Below are positions 12,397 through 23,859 of a stretch of DNA of 64,000 nucleotides, piece by piece. Position numbers and translations under genes: made by a program. The notes below the pieces were generated by a model. It was not told the DNA's origin and did not search any database. It saw only the letters and a program-made list of their open reading frames with translations. Origin of the DNA: Isurus oxyrinchus (lineage: Eukaryota); the NCBI GenBank assembly GCA_026770705.1, contig JANJGN010000016.1, positions 105,896,001-105,960,000 of the forward strand. Reading direction: 5' to 3'. Numbering within the stretch: the first letter of the stretch is position 1; each line of letters begins with the position of its first letter.

Positions 12397-14876
12397 ACAT
12401 GAAGCCCACAGGCAGCATGGCCTCCCTGTCCTTCCTGTCCTCTATCATGGAGGTCTTAGACGAAAGTACACGGGAGAGTCTGGATAAACCACTAAACTCC
12501 TGACGAACTGATTAAGGCCCTTATGTCCTTTGAGAAGAGTAATACTCCCGGAAGCAACGGTTTACTGCTTAAGTTGTATTCAGCTCTGTGGGACTGGATC
12601 GGTCCAGACCTGCTCGAAGTGTAAGAGAGTGTGCTTCTAGCAAGCAGCATGTCAGAATCCATGAGGAAAGACATCATCACCCTCATCCACAAGCGGAAGG
12701 GGAAAAGGAGGAAATTAGAAATTAGCGGCCCATTTCACTGTTGAATGTGGGCTATAAGATTCTGTCCAAGGTCATCGCCAATTGGGTCAAGTCTGCTCTG
12801 GAGTTGGTGATCCACCCTGACCAGACCTGCGCTATACCCGGCAGGAAGATCCCTGACAGCCTTGCGTTACTCAGGAATATGCTTACCTATGTACAGGACA
12901 GAGGTGTGGACACCCCCATCATGAGCCTGGATCAGGAGAAGGCCTTTGACAGAATATCACACACCTACATGGTGGATGTGCGCTCCAAAATGGGGTTTGG
13001 GGAGGGAATTCACAATTGGATCCAACTGCTCTACACTAACATCAGTAGCGCAGTCTCAATCAATGGGCGGGAATCAGATAGCTTTCCTATTAAATCTGGA
13101 GTCAGGCAGGGCTGCCCTCTCTCCCCTGTCCTGTTTGTGTGTTGCATAGAACCCTTTGCTGAGTCCATCAGGAAGGATCCAGGCATAAGAGGAGTGATGA
13201 TCCCAGGCAGTGGAGGCACTCAGGTCAAAGCCTCCCTGTACAAGGACGATGTCGCCATCTTCTGCTCGGATCCGCTGTTGGTGAGCAGACTGATCAACAT
13301 CTGCAACCAGTTCGAATGGGCCTCAGGAGCCAAGGTAAATCATGGGAAGAGCGAGGCCATGTTCTTTGGGAACTGGGCTGACCGATCCTTTGTCCCCTTC
13401 ACCATCAGATCAGACAGCCTGAGGGTGCTGGAGATATGGTTCGGAGGGACCGGTGCATGTGTTAGAAACTGGAAGGAGCGGGTGGCTATGGTGCAAAGAA
13501 AACTGGGCATGTGGAAGCAACGCTCCCTCTCCATTGTGGGTAAGAACCTGGTCATCAGGTGTGAGGCACTCTCGCTGTTGCTGTACATGGTGCAGGTCTG
13601 GCCCATTCCTCACTCCTGCACGATGGCAATCACCCAAGCCATCTTTTGCTTTATCTGGAGGTCAAAAATGGATCGTCTTCACAGGGACGCGATGTACCAT
13701 CTTCTGACCCTCATACACCTTTGTGTGCGGCTGCATCAAGCTGTGCATAGACCCTCAGTATGCAAACACCAAGTGTCCCTACGTGCTGAGGTTCTACCTG
13801 TCCCCGGTGTTGTGAAGGATGGGTCTGGCCACGCTGCCGCGGAACGCTCCAAGTAGTTGGACCGTGCCGTACCACCTGTCCCTCATGGAAAAATTTAAGC
13901 AGAGAAAAACCTTTGACCACAGGTCCATCAGGCAGTGGTCGGCACATAATGTCCTAGAGGCCCTGAGGGAAAGGGAGGTGGTGAATCCTGTGGGATGGTT
14001 CCCCGAGCAGACTGTCAAGGTCATTTGGCAGAATGCCTCATCGCCAGAACTTTCCAGCAAGCACCAAGATGTAGCTTGGCTGGTGGTGAGAAAGGCCCTC
14101 CCTGTCAGATCCTACACGCCAGGAGTCTCACCCCCTCTGCACGTTGCCCTCGATGTGGCTGTGGTAGAGAAGAGACTGTTGTCCACCTCCTTGTGGAATG
14201 TGCCTTTGCAAAGAAGGTCTGGAGAGAGATGCAGTGGTTTATGTCGAGGTTCATCCCGAGCAGTTCTGTGAGACAGGACTCTGTGCTGTACGGGCTGTTC
14301 CCAGGGACACACACCAAGACAAACATCAACTGCAGCTGGAGGATCATCAACTCGGTGAAAGACGCTCTTTGGTCTGCCCAAATCTTGTTGGTTTTCCAGC
14401 GCAAAGAGTTGTCCCCGACCAAGTGTTGCAGACTGGCACATTCCAAGGTCCAGGACTATGTGCTGAGGGACGCACTAAAGCTTGGGGCAGCTGCTGCAAA
14501 GGCACAATGCGGAAAGGTCGCTGTCTAAGACCTTTCTGCCACAGTGCACCAAGGGGCTGGGAATTGTATAGATGGCTCGGGCTGTACGGCTCACAAAGAT
14601 TGTATGTAATGAATACTAAATGTATCATAATTGTATTGAAGCACCTCAGAGTACACCATGATGTATGGCGATAACTCCAATACCATTGCACTGCCTGACT
14701 GTCTCTAATGACCATATTGAAATGATTGTTATGTTCATTGACCGTATTGAAGCACCTCGTGATCCATATGTAAAAGTTGGATATGATTGCACTTTTTGTG
14801 ATGGCCATTTAGAAATATTTTGTAATGTTCTTTCAGATATTTTATGAATAAAGTATATTTTTCCAAAGAAAAAAAA
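12397..14876 (+). mobile_element. L1-clade Tx1-like LINE, 5'-truncated ORF2 (RT plus C-terminal zinc finger), 3' UTR and A-tail
   Basis: Motifs IHPDQTC, SLDQEKAFDRISH, SGVRQGCPLSP, SLYKDD (degenerate YxDD) and SGAKVNHGKS, then CPRCGCGREETVVHLLVEC. AATAAA at about 14847 followed by an A-rich tail. Frameshifted. Confidence 0.92.
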
Positions 14877-15541
14877 CAAGCAGTGGTTTGCATGCAATGC
14901 CCTAGAGATCCTGAGGGAAAAAGAGGTGGTGCATCCTGTTGGATGGTTCCCTGAGCAGACTGTCAAAGTCATTTGGCAGAATGCCTCATTGCCAGACCTT
15001 TTGCACCAAGACCTAGTTTGGCTGGTGGTGAGAGGGACCCTCGCCACCAGATCCTTCATGCACGCCTGAAGTCTCTGCACCACTGCACGCTGTCCTCGAA
15101 GCAGCTGCAGCGGGGAAGAGACAGTCGCACACCTCCTTCTGGAATGTGCCTTTGGTCTGTCTGAAACTTGTTGGTCTTCCGGTGCAAAGAGTTGCCCACG
15201 GCTGACTGTTGCAGACTGGCACATTCCAATGTCCAAGACTATGTGCTGAGGGACGCACTAAAGCTTGAGGCAGATGCTGCTGAGGCACAATGGGGACAGG
15301 CCGTGTGTAAGGGCTTTCAGCCATAGTAATACTGAGGGTCTGGTAACCATGAAGAGCCCCTCAGACTGTAAGGTTTTCTTGAATGTATATAATTACCGCA
15401 ATTGTATTGAGGCACCTCAAAATCCAACATGCCATATGGGAATAATTGAATGTTTATTGCACTTTTTGTGATGACAACTTGAAATGTTTATGTAATGTTC
15501 TTTCAATTATTTTATGAATAAAGTATATTTTGCCAAAAAAC
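14877..15541 (+). mobile_element. Older, internally deleted 3' fragment of the same Tx1-like family
   Basis: Colinear with 13930-14870, with its own AATAAA and A-tail at about 15517-15541. Confidence 0.88.
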
Positions 15542-17305
15542 AAAGCTAGGTGTGCATAGAGAATACAGAAGCTTGATCACCCACGGACTGGAAGTCTATA
15601 AATTAACCTTTTTATTTCTTGCTATGTTTATACTTGCTTCTCCTGCATCTCCTCATCCTCCAGATTCTCTGCTTGGGCACAGCTTGCATATCTCTCCAAG
15701 CAAATGTCATTGACATGTGAGCTGCATGATTTAGCACCAGCACTTTCAACCATAGATCAAATGTACTGTACTGTGGCATTTGTTTGAGTGAAAATACTTA
15801 GGATTTGGAAACTGAAATGTATTTACAATGTATGAATCTGCTTATAACCATATGGGCTATCAAATGAAACCACAATATAACAGTTAAATAATCAGCAAAG
15901 CCTGATCACCAGTTATTGAATGAATTTACACCACAGTTGTTTGTGTGTCAGATGTTCTTGATATTATGTAAATACACTGAAGTTGGTGTCAAATCTGACT
16001 TCAGAATGGCATTGAAATACATGAAGGGTGTGAAGGTGACGCCCACTCAACTCACCAAAAAGTATTCGTTTGTGCATTCTTGTGTACGTATATTTTTAAT
16101 GTGAGTTTTAATTACTGCCAATCAACCTTTCTGACACTGAAAATTAACTTTCACCTATGTGGACTCTCATTCCAATTATGGTTATTAGAGAGTTAGAAAT
16201 AAATTTAAATCGAGCATTCTTTTGAACTTCCTATCTCTGCTCTCTTGGTTTCCCTAACCCTTCTTTCTTTCCCTCTCTTTATTTTGCTTTTTTCTCCACT
16301 GGTATTGAAATATTCCAATTGGTGGCAATTCTTTGATCTGATTGGCTAAGGAGATACAGTTACTTGTCCCTTTCATACGGGTCCCAGATTCCTTGTAGAG
16401 GACATTGGGCCAAAATGGGTTTCAATTCATTGCAGGTTCCAGTGCAAAAGCCAGTAGAAAGTCAGTGGCCAAATGTAACTGTAATGAACATCGTTCATCA
16501 CTGACTGTGAATTCTGGTTCTTTGTGACATTTTAATTGCAGTATTCTACATACATTCAGGAATGCTTGGTTTAGTTTTTAAATTATGTTTTTATGACCTC
16601 AGTCTGGTTGTAGTCAGTCAGTTTCTATATAAACAGGCAATCCCCAACAAAGTTGTGTAAAATAATGTTGAGTAACTGGGTTGGGTATCACTCCAGTGAT
16701 TCAGGTGACTATATATAATTGACTATTGATGGTCCGGATACTTTGATAGCGCTTGTCCTTAGGTCGATGGATGACTACAATTGTTGACACAATGTGTAAG
16801 TTTAGCTATTCTCTTTTAATGTTTAAACATCCTTTGACTTTAAAACAATCATGTGAAGCTGTGTTATAATCTGAGCTGGCAGACATGTAGAACAATCTTT
16901 TTCAATGGAGTTGTAGTTCACTTATTTTCCATATTTTATTGTTTTTGCCCCTTCCCCTATCTGGAATCTGCATTTCATTATGTTCCCACTCTGTCCAAAG
17001 TGCACAAAAAAGTTGCAGCATTGCTTTGAGTTTTTGTTTGTTTTTACATTCCCATGTAGTTTATTTTTAATATTGTATGTATTCCTCTCAGCTTTAAAAC
17101 TTGTTACAACATTAAATTGTGTTTGTTGTAATGAAGAAAGATTAATTTTTAATTTAATGGTCGATATGTTATGCTTACTAAAATGACTCTTTTCATAGTC
17201 CAAGTCCAACCTGATTGATAGAGAAATTGTCAGTATTAATCAAATCATGCTTGAGTCAGGAGTAAAACTCTTGAAATAGGTTAGGTGGTAACTTGTCTTA
17301 ATCTT

Positions 17306-17810
17306 AGAACGAAGAACAAAGAAAACTAAAGCACAGGAACAGGCCCTTCGGCCCTCCAAGCCTGCGCCGATCATATTGCCCCCCAACTAAAACATTTTGC
17401 ACTTCCGGTGTCCGTATCTCTCTATTCCCATCCTATTCATCTATTTGTCAAGCTGCCTCTAAAACACCACTACCTGCTTCCACCACCTCCTCTGGCAGCG
17501 AATTCCAGACAGTCACTACCCTCTGCGTAAAAAACTTGCCCGCACATCACCTTTATAGTTTTCTCTTCTCACCTTAAATCCATGTCCCCTAGTAATTGAC
17601 TCTTCCACCCTGGGAAAAAGCTCTAGTGAGAACAATCTGAGTTTCTTCAACCTCTCCTCATCGTTAAGAACCTCCAGACCAGGCAGCATCCTGGTAAACC
17701 TCCTCTGCACCCTCTCTAATGCCTCCATATCCTTCTGGTAATGTGGTGACCAGAATTGCACGCAATATTCCAAGTGTGGCCTAACCAAAGTTCCGTACAG
17801 CTGCAGCTTG
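17306..17810 (-). mobile_element. CR1 LINE 3' fragment
   Basis: VRPHLEYCVQFWSP...ALERVQRRFTRMLPGL...TRGH, with a short-repeat 3' tail (agaacaa-like units on plus). Confidence 0.9.
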
Positions 17811-18329
17811 TTTGAAATTGTGGTTAGCTATCCTCAATTTAAAACTTAAGGAAACAAGTTATGATAATTGGGGATTTTAAAACTGTTTTGTGAACTTCTC
17901 CTTGAGATGCAATGAAATCTTGTCTTACACAAGGTGGGCCTCACCTTCCATTGTTTTATTTGCACTGTATGACAAGTTCCTGAAATCATCAGGTTTAAAT
18001 AGTTGTTCCTACCATTATATATAGCCTTTAGGATCTTCATTGTTAATTCTCCCTTTTCCAAAGTAAACTATAGGTTGGCAAGTTGCCAAGCCTTACACTC
18101 TGGAGAATCTGAATTATCATTAATGCAGTTGATTAGTGACCCAGACACAATAGTGATTTTCTTAATTCAATTCCTCTCCCTGATACCATTGACCCTTTCC
18201 AAGCAAGTTGTAATGACATTAGCTTTTGCAGAATATATTTATTCTGAACTGCAACTTTTAACTTTTAAACTTAAAAAGCAAAGTACTTGATGATTAAGAG
18301 TCTTCCAAAGGTTGCCAGGTTTGTGCATA

Positions 18330-19500
18330 AGACCAGAGGATTGGAAGATGCTACAATTTAAAACTATTGATCGAGTGGAGGAAGGGACAACCCAAGTTAT
18401 TATAGGCTAGTGAGTTTTGTCAGTGGTGGGGAAATTGCTGTAATCCATCATCAGAGAGATTAATTAAGGAAGTGAAAAGGTTTGAGCTGAGAGGTGGCAT
18501 AGTTTTGTGAAGGTTTTGTCTAGCTTACTTAATAGAGGTTTTCAACAGTCCTTGAGGTGGTGGACAGAAGATGAATGGACGTCATGTATATGCATGTTCA
18601 AAGCTGATTTTATATGGTTCCACACAAGAGATTGCTAGCTAAAACTGAAACCTGTGGCATTGTTGATAACCAATTTCCTACCCATGACACAAAGCTGTAG
18701 AAGGCAGCATGTTCAGATATATAGAGCCTTCTTGAAGGGTTGGTGGTGTCCGTCAAAGGTCAGTGCTCATGAAACATGACTATTGGGTATAATGAATTAT
18801 GAAGAAGATTGAAAATTGCAAAAGGGCATTGAAAGGCTAAACAAGTGCACATAATGATGGCAGAGGCAGTTTAGCATAGTGTGAGGTGGTACACATTATA
18901 TGTGAGAATGGCAGATGGGAGTAAAATAAAAAAATAAAGTGCTGAGCTGGTAGATTAAGAAAGGGATTGAAGGGTCTAGGTGTGTAATCCTTACAAGTTT
19001 GCGTGAAGTGCACAATTCATCAAAAAGGCTAAAGAGTTAGACTCCAACATAATAGATATAGACTATAAAAGCAAATAAGTATTACTGCAATTTTGCAGAG
19101 CATTTAAGCAACCTGTGTTAAGTTTTGGGTGCCTCACCTGAAGAAAGTGATAATGACCTGCAACAATGAGTTTATGATAGATTGGGTAAATTTGGGATCC
19201 ATTTCCTGGTGGTTAAGGGGTGATTCTAGTATGAGAATCCATAACAAGTGCCAATAGTCTTGGGAATCAAGCAAAGCCCATCAGAAGTGATCCCAGGAAA
19301 ATCTTCCTCATTTGGGATTTCAAAATGTGGAATGCAGAGCTCCAGGAGACCACAGATGCAAAATGAATTGAGCAGTTTTGGAGACTGATACTTGGGAAAT
19401 GAGGATATTATGGGTGGGGAGAAATAGGAAGGAACTGGGATTAAAAAATTGAAACTGCCATGGCTGATATCAGTAGTTGAATGGGGTTGACAGATTTAAC
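18330..19500 (+). mobile_element. Highly decayed CR1 LINE (RT to 3' end)
   Basis: Residual NYRPVSLTSVVGK-like sequence at about 18385-18440, DVxYxDFxKAFDxVPH-like sequence at about 18578-18630, and colinear downstream remnants. Confidence 0.65.
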
Positions 19501-19664
19501 AGAACAACATTGATGTTGTAGTTCCATTGTAGTTCCAGTTCAAAGTTTATGAAAAAGCAGTGATAGTGGAAATTATTGAGGCAGATAGTGTTCCTTAGTG
19601 CTGTCTAAAAGTAATCTAGTTTTGGTTCAGTAATTCTAGCAGTCTGAAAGAACTTCTTTGTCAG

Positions 19665-20780
19665 CTAATCCCTTCTCGTAGATTTTTCACTTTTCCCTGT
19701 CTTCCTCTGTTGCTTTGAGTTGTTTGCTCTTTTCTTCAATGGAACTTCTAAAATTTCAACTGTTTCAGTTAATTCAATGTTGTGTAGTGATGGGGTTGCT
19801 GGTGGTTTCCATCTGGATGTGTTGGGCATGTTCAGATGTCTCACCACATTCTTTGGTTGAATGTTCTGTTGTTGAAGTGGGTGCACATACAAAGGCCATG
19901 CCAGCTTGTTTGGAAGATTCATGTAGGGCTGGTATAGTTGGGGTGGAACCATTAATGTCATTCTATTCATAACTGGAGGTGGTGCTTGTGAAATAGGATA
20001 CAAGTCTACATCTTTTGGCTTAAAATGTTGCTTTTGATATTGCTTTGCTCGGGGTGCAACATCTATGTATGAAGGGTTTACTCCAGTGATGGCAGCTATC
20101 TGATGGGCGTTGCTCAGGTCTGCAAAAGCTCTTTCAGGCAGAACTGGGTTGTAAAGTGTCGTCCGAGGCACCCCATTCACAAACCTGTGAAGGATTGTCA
20201 GCCACATCGCACTATTGATGGGATTGAGGGTCACCCTCGGCCAAAGTGAAGCCAAGCTGTGGAGAGCTTCTCTATTCCATCCAGATTCAGAATAGTGGTC
20301 ATCAGTATGATAGAGTTCAGAGATATAAATATCCAATCTTGTGCTGGGATAATTTACCAAGAAATCATATATTTTGTTTATACAGTAGTGGGTTCTTTCA
20401 TTACATGGGGTGTAATTGGAGTAGATAGTAATATAAGCAATATTTTCATAGGAGTACAGAAGTGTATCCAGATATCCATCTATATCAAAGAAGATAGATT
20501 CTGGATGAAGGTGATATAAAGTGCAGTTAGTTACTTGTCCTTTCTGCACTAAGGTGCCAGATGATAACTTCAATTCATAGAAGACCAAATGCCTGCCTGA
20601 CTGTGGTTGAGCGTAGGGAAACCCAAAGGTTTCATAAAATTCAATATAGGAAACACGTGCTTCTTCCCCAGTTTTGATGTGATATGGACATTTTGGACAG
20701 CTTTCGGTGAAATACAGCCAGTAGTAAGGCTTCACCAGTGTACCCTGAGGAGCAATATATTCTTCATAAACAGTGGTCAT
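19665..20780 (-). CDS. APOBEC4: APOBEC4, putative zinc-dependent cytidine deaminase (371 aa, single coding exon)
   Basis: Intact ORF with APOBEC4-diagnostic sequence: YEEY..GT.VKPYYW, CxxCPYHIxTGEEARV, FYELK.SSG.LVQKG, H92-P-E94, P125-C126-x6-C133, WNREAL.SLASLWPRV, PKNVVRHLNMP and a Lys-rich C-terminus. Confidence 0.97.
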   Translation of the reverse strand: MTTVYEEYIAPQGTLVKPYYWLYFTESCPKCPYHIKTGEEARVSYIEFYETFGFPYAQPQSGRHLVFYELKLSSGTLVQKGQVTNCTLYHLHPESIFFDIDGYLDTLLYSYENIAYITIYSNYTPCNERTHYCINKIYDFLVNYPSTRLDIYISELYHTDDHYSESGWNREALHSLASLWPRVTLNPINSAMWLTILHRFVNGVPRTTLYNPVLPERAFADLSNAHQIAAITGVNPSYIDVAPRAKQYQKQHFKPKDVDLYPISQAPPPVMNRMTLMVPPQLYQPYMNLPNKLAWPLYVHPLQQQNIQPKNVVRHLNMPNTSRWKPPATPSLHNIELTETVEILEVPLKKRANNSKQQRKTGKSEKSTRRD

Positions 20781-20870
20781 GATGATTGGTTCACCTCACC
20801 ATTTGGAAAGGATCATTTAATTGCAACATCATGATCCTTTAAGGATAATGCATTCCTGAAAGAGAAGTTA
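20781..20870 (-). other. APOBEC4: 5' UTR portion of the APOBEC4 coding exon and its splice acceptor
   Basis: Minus strand reads ttttaacttctctttcag|GAATG, with the exon starting at 20855, 75 nt upstream of the ATG. This matches the two-exon architecture of tetrapod APOBEC4. Confidence 0.7.
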
Positions 20871-22256
20871 AAATCGATGTTGATTATATACAAGAAAGTG
20901 GTATAAGAGGGATCATGTAAGAAGGAAAAATAACGTACCAAATTTAGAATCAAAGTAGACAACGGAAGGTCAAACCTTCTCTCAGAATGCCCTTTTTAAA
21001 ATTATTTCAGATTTTGATTTTTTATTTCAAATTTCCAGCATCTGCAACATTTGTATTGGTCCTAAATAGAAGGTAGTTACTAATAATCTCAATAGGGAAA
21101 TTAGAAATTTCTTCACTTAGTGATTAGAATGTGGAACTTACTTCCACAGGAAGTGGTTGATGCAAATAGTTTGGACACTTTCAAAATGAAACTAGAAGAG
21201 AAAAAGAATACAAAGGTATACTTGTGGGCTATGAGGGAGATGGAATTCGAAGAGACTGCTAGGCTATAAATAGTACAAACTAGTTGGGCCTAATGGCCTA
21301 TTTCTATGCTGTAACAGGGGGCCCAGGACAGAACCTTGCCAGAGACAAGACTGTTATTGGAGCAAATGGAGCACTAACATGAGTAAATCTAATAAAACTA
21401 CTATATCCTTTACATAGTTAGATTGGGATAAAATGTTATTTAAATGCTTCCATGGTTTCAATCAACCTATTTCGTTGAGTTGCAGCTTTATTTTTAATGA
21501 ACGTTTTTCCCTTCCTCTCTTCCTCTTGAATATTTTGGCTCCTTTCACTAGGTTTAGATTCCATATGTGCCAGTTAGACTTAGTGTGTTGCCCAAGTGAT
21601 CTGTGTATTCACCTGCGAGCCTTCGCATTAAATGTCAGGAGATGACAAAACCATTTCAATATGTTCTAAGTTAGTCTGATTGCCCCTCTGATTTATTTTT
21701 CTCTCCTTGGCACAAAGGGCACTGAAGGGGATGAGAAGCTGTTTGGTTGGAATGGTTGGAAGCCAGTGGCCATGTGGCAAAACCTTCAGGAATACATGCA
21801 GTCAGGGTTGGAAACCTTAAGTAAGGTTCACTTACATTGAGAGAGAATTATAAGTGACCAACATCTATGTCATTTTTAATTGGAGACTTGCATTCAAAAA
21901 TATGAGCAGCAGCAAGAGGAATTAGCTTGATCAACTAGAATTTCTAATACAATGTTCCCACATTGAAATGCAAAACAAATTGGTAGCAAAACAAATATAA
22001 ATCTATGCTTTACTGCTAGACTATAATCTAGCTGGACTTCTAGCTAGAAATAAATCAGTTCAGTTGTGCTGCATGAATATTACTCAGTATATTGAATCTC
22101 AAGTGCGGCTCTGAAGCCTAGAGTCATTATACATAAGTTCTTGTGAATTCATTATGATCTGAATATGAAACTGTTGAATATAGAGTTAGAATAGTCTAAG
22201 GCCTGAAGGTGAAAATCTAAATTAACCAGTGTGTGTAGTATATTGCAAATGTTTAC

Positions 22257-22540
22257 CTGTAACCAGGAGACCCAGCTAAGCTTCATAGGCCTGTTTTCTT
22301 GGCACTTGTTGTCACTTTGATTCATCTGAAATATGAAGTGTATTCCAAATGTTGGACTTCTGTTGGTCTAAATCTACAAATAGATCTTGCAAATATATTT
22401 TTCTTTCATCTGTGATTCTGTCCTTTTGCCTGGGAAGTTGTTTTGTTAGAGAGTTGCTAGTGAGGGTGGGGCAGCTTTGTTTATAAGCAAAGAGAAGGGA
22501 TAAAAGACTCCATGGCAATGAGACTTTGTGCTAGGTTACA
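22257..22540 (-). promoter_or_regulatory. APOBEC4: Candidate APOBEC4 non-coding exon 1 and core promoter
   Basis: Minus-strand donor ACAG|GTAAAC with the exon ending at 22257. TATAAA on minus at 22485-22480. X-box-like ATTGCCATGGAGTC (22519-22506) and GTAACCTAGCAC (22539-22528). Forkhead-like TGTTTAT overlapping the TATA box. Confidence 0.5.
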
Positions 22541-22956
22541 GTTCTTCACGTAGAGTGCTTGTATTCCCCACACTTCTGGCAGGTTTCCTTAGCCTAATTT
22601 AATCATCATCATAAGCCCCCAAGTAAATGCTTGAATCATTGAATATTTCAAAACTAGAACGATAAGCCAAATGCCCCATTCTATTTGACAAAGTTCACTG
22701 AATAATGTGTGTTTTTAAATGTTATCGATGGCTGGCTGACTGCCAGTTATGGAGGATTGCGCCATTTAAGGAATTGTGAGAAGTAGTGAGAACAAAGATT
22801 TGAGTGGGTTTCATCCTGAGTTTGAAGATTTCAATTCCTTCACTGTTTCCCTGCTGGGCCTTTTGGTTTTGGTATTAAAATGTGGCAAGCAACCTTCTGC
22901 TGCTCACAGTGAGTCAGAGGATTTGCTAAAGTGTGACAGGGAGTGATGTGCTTACA

Positions 22957-23555
22957 AGAAACTGAACTGGACTATCCATAGAAATACAGTAGCTACAAGA
23001 GCAAGCCAGATGCTAGGAATCCTGCAGCGAGTAACTCACGCCCTGACTCTCCAAAGCCTGTCCACCATATATAAGGCACAAGTCAGGAGTGTGATGGAAT
23101 GGTCCCCATTTGCCTGGATGAATGCAGCTCCCACAACACTCAAGAAGCTTGACGTCATTCAAGACAAAGCAACCTGCTTGATTGGCACCACATTCACAAA
23201 CATTCAATCCCTCCACCACCGACGCACAGTAGCAGCAGTGTGTGCCATCTACAAGATGCACTACCAAAACTAACTAAGGCTCCTTCAATAGCACCTTCCA
23301 AACCCACAATCACTACCACCTAGAAGGACAAGGGCAGCAGACACATGGGAACACCAGCACCTGGAAGCTCCCCCACAAGCCACTCAGGGTCACAAGCCTG
23401 GGACTCCCTCCCTAACAGCACTGTGGATGTACCTACACCATGTGGACTACAGCAGTTCACGAAGGCAGCTAACCACCACCTTCTCAAGGGTAATTAGGGA
23501 TGGGCAATAAAATGCTACCCTAGCCAGGGACGCCCACATCCCATAAATGAATAAC
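22957..23555 (+). mobile_element. CR1/L2-group LINE 3' fragment (same family as 44125-44428 and 62680-64000)
   Basis: Encodes YKAQVRSVMEWSP.AWM.AAPTTLKKLD.IQDKA and LHHRR.VAA. The 3' tail reads caccaccttctcaaggg.aattagggatgggcaataaa. Confidence 0.9.
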
Positions 23556-23859
23556 AAGAAGAAAGGTGTGCCATTTGCAAGGAATTTATTACAGATCAAT
23601 CATTACAGCTAGTTTTAAATTAGTTACTGATGCTGGTTGTAGCTTTTGGGGTGGTATTACTCAATCGCTTGGAAGTGTAATTAGTAAAGTAATGAAGAGT
23701 GTTGGACCTGGAGATGCACAATATTAGGCAAAGTGGATTCCATTAAATCTGCATGGAAGCAACAGACTACAGGATGATATTGGTACTATATAGGGAATAC
23801 ATATATTCAGATTTATTTCCACATATAATGCGGGTTGGATATCTTTACAAACGCACAGA

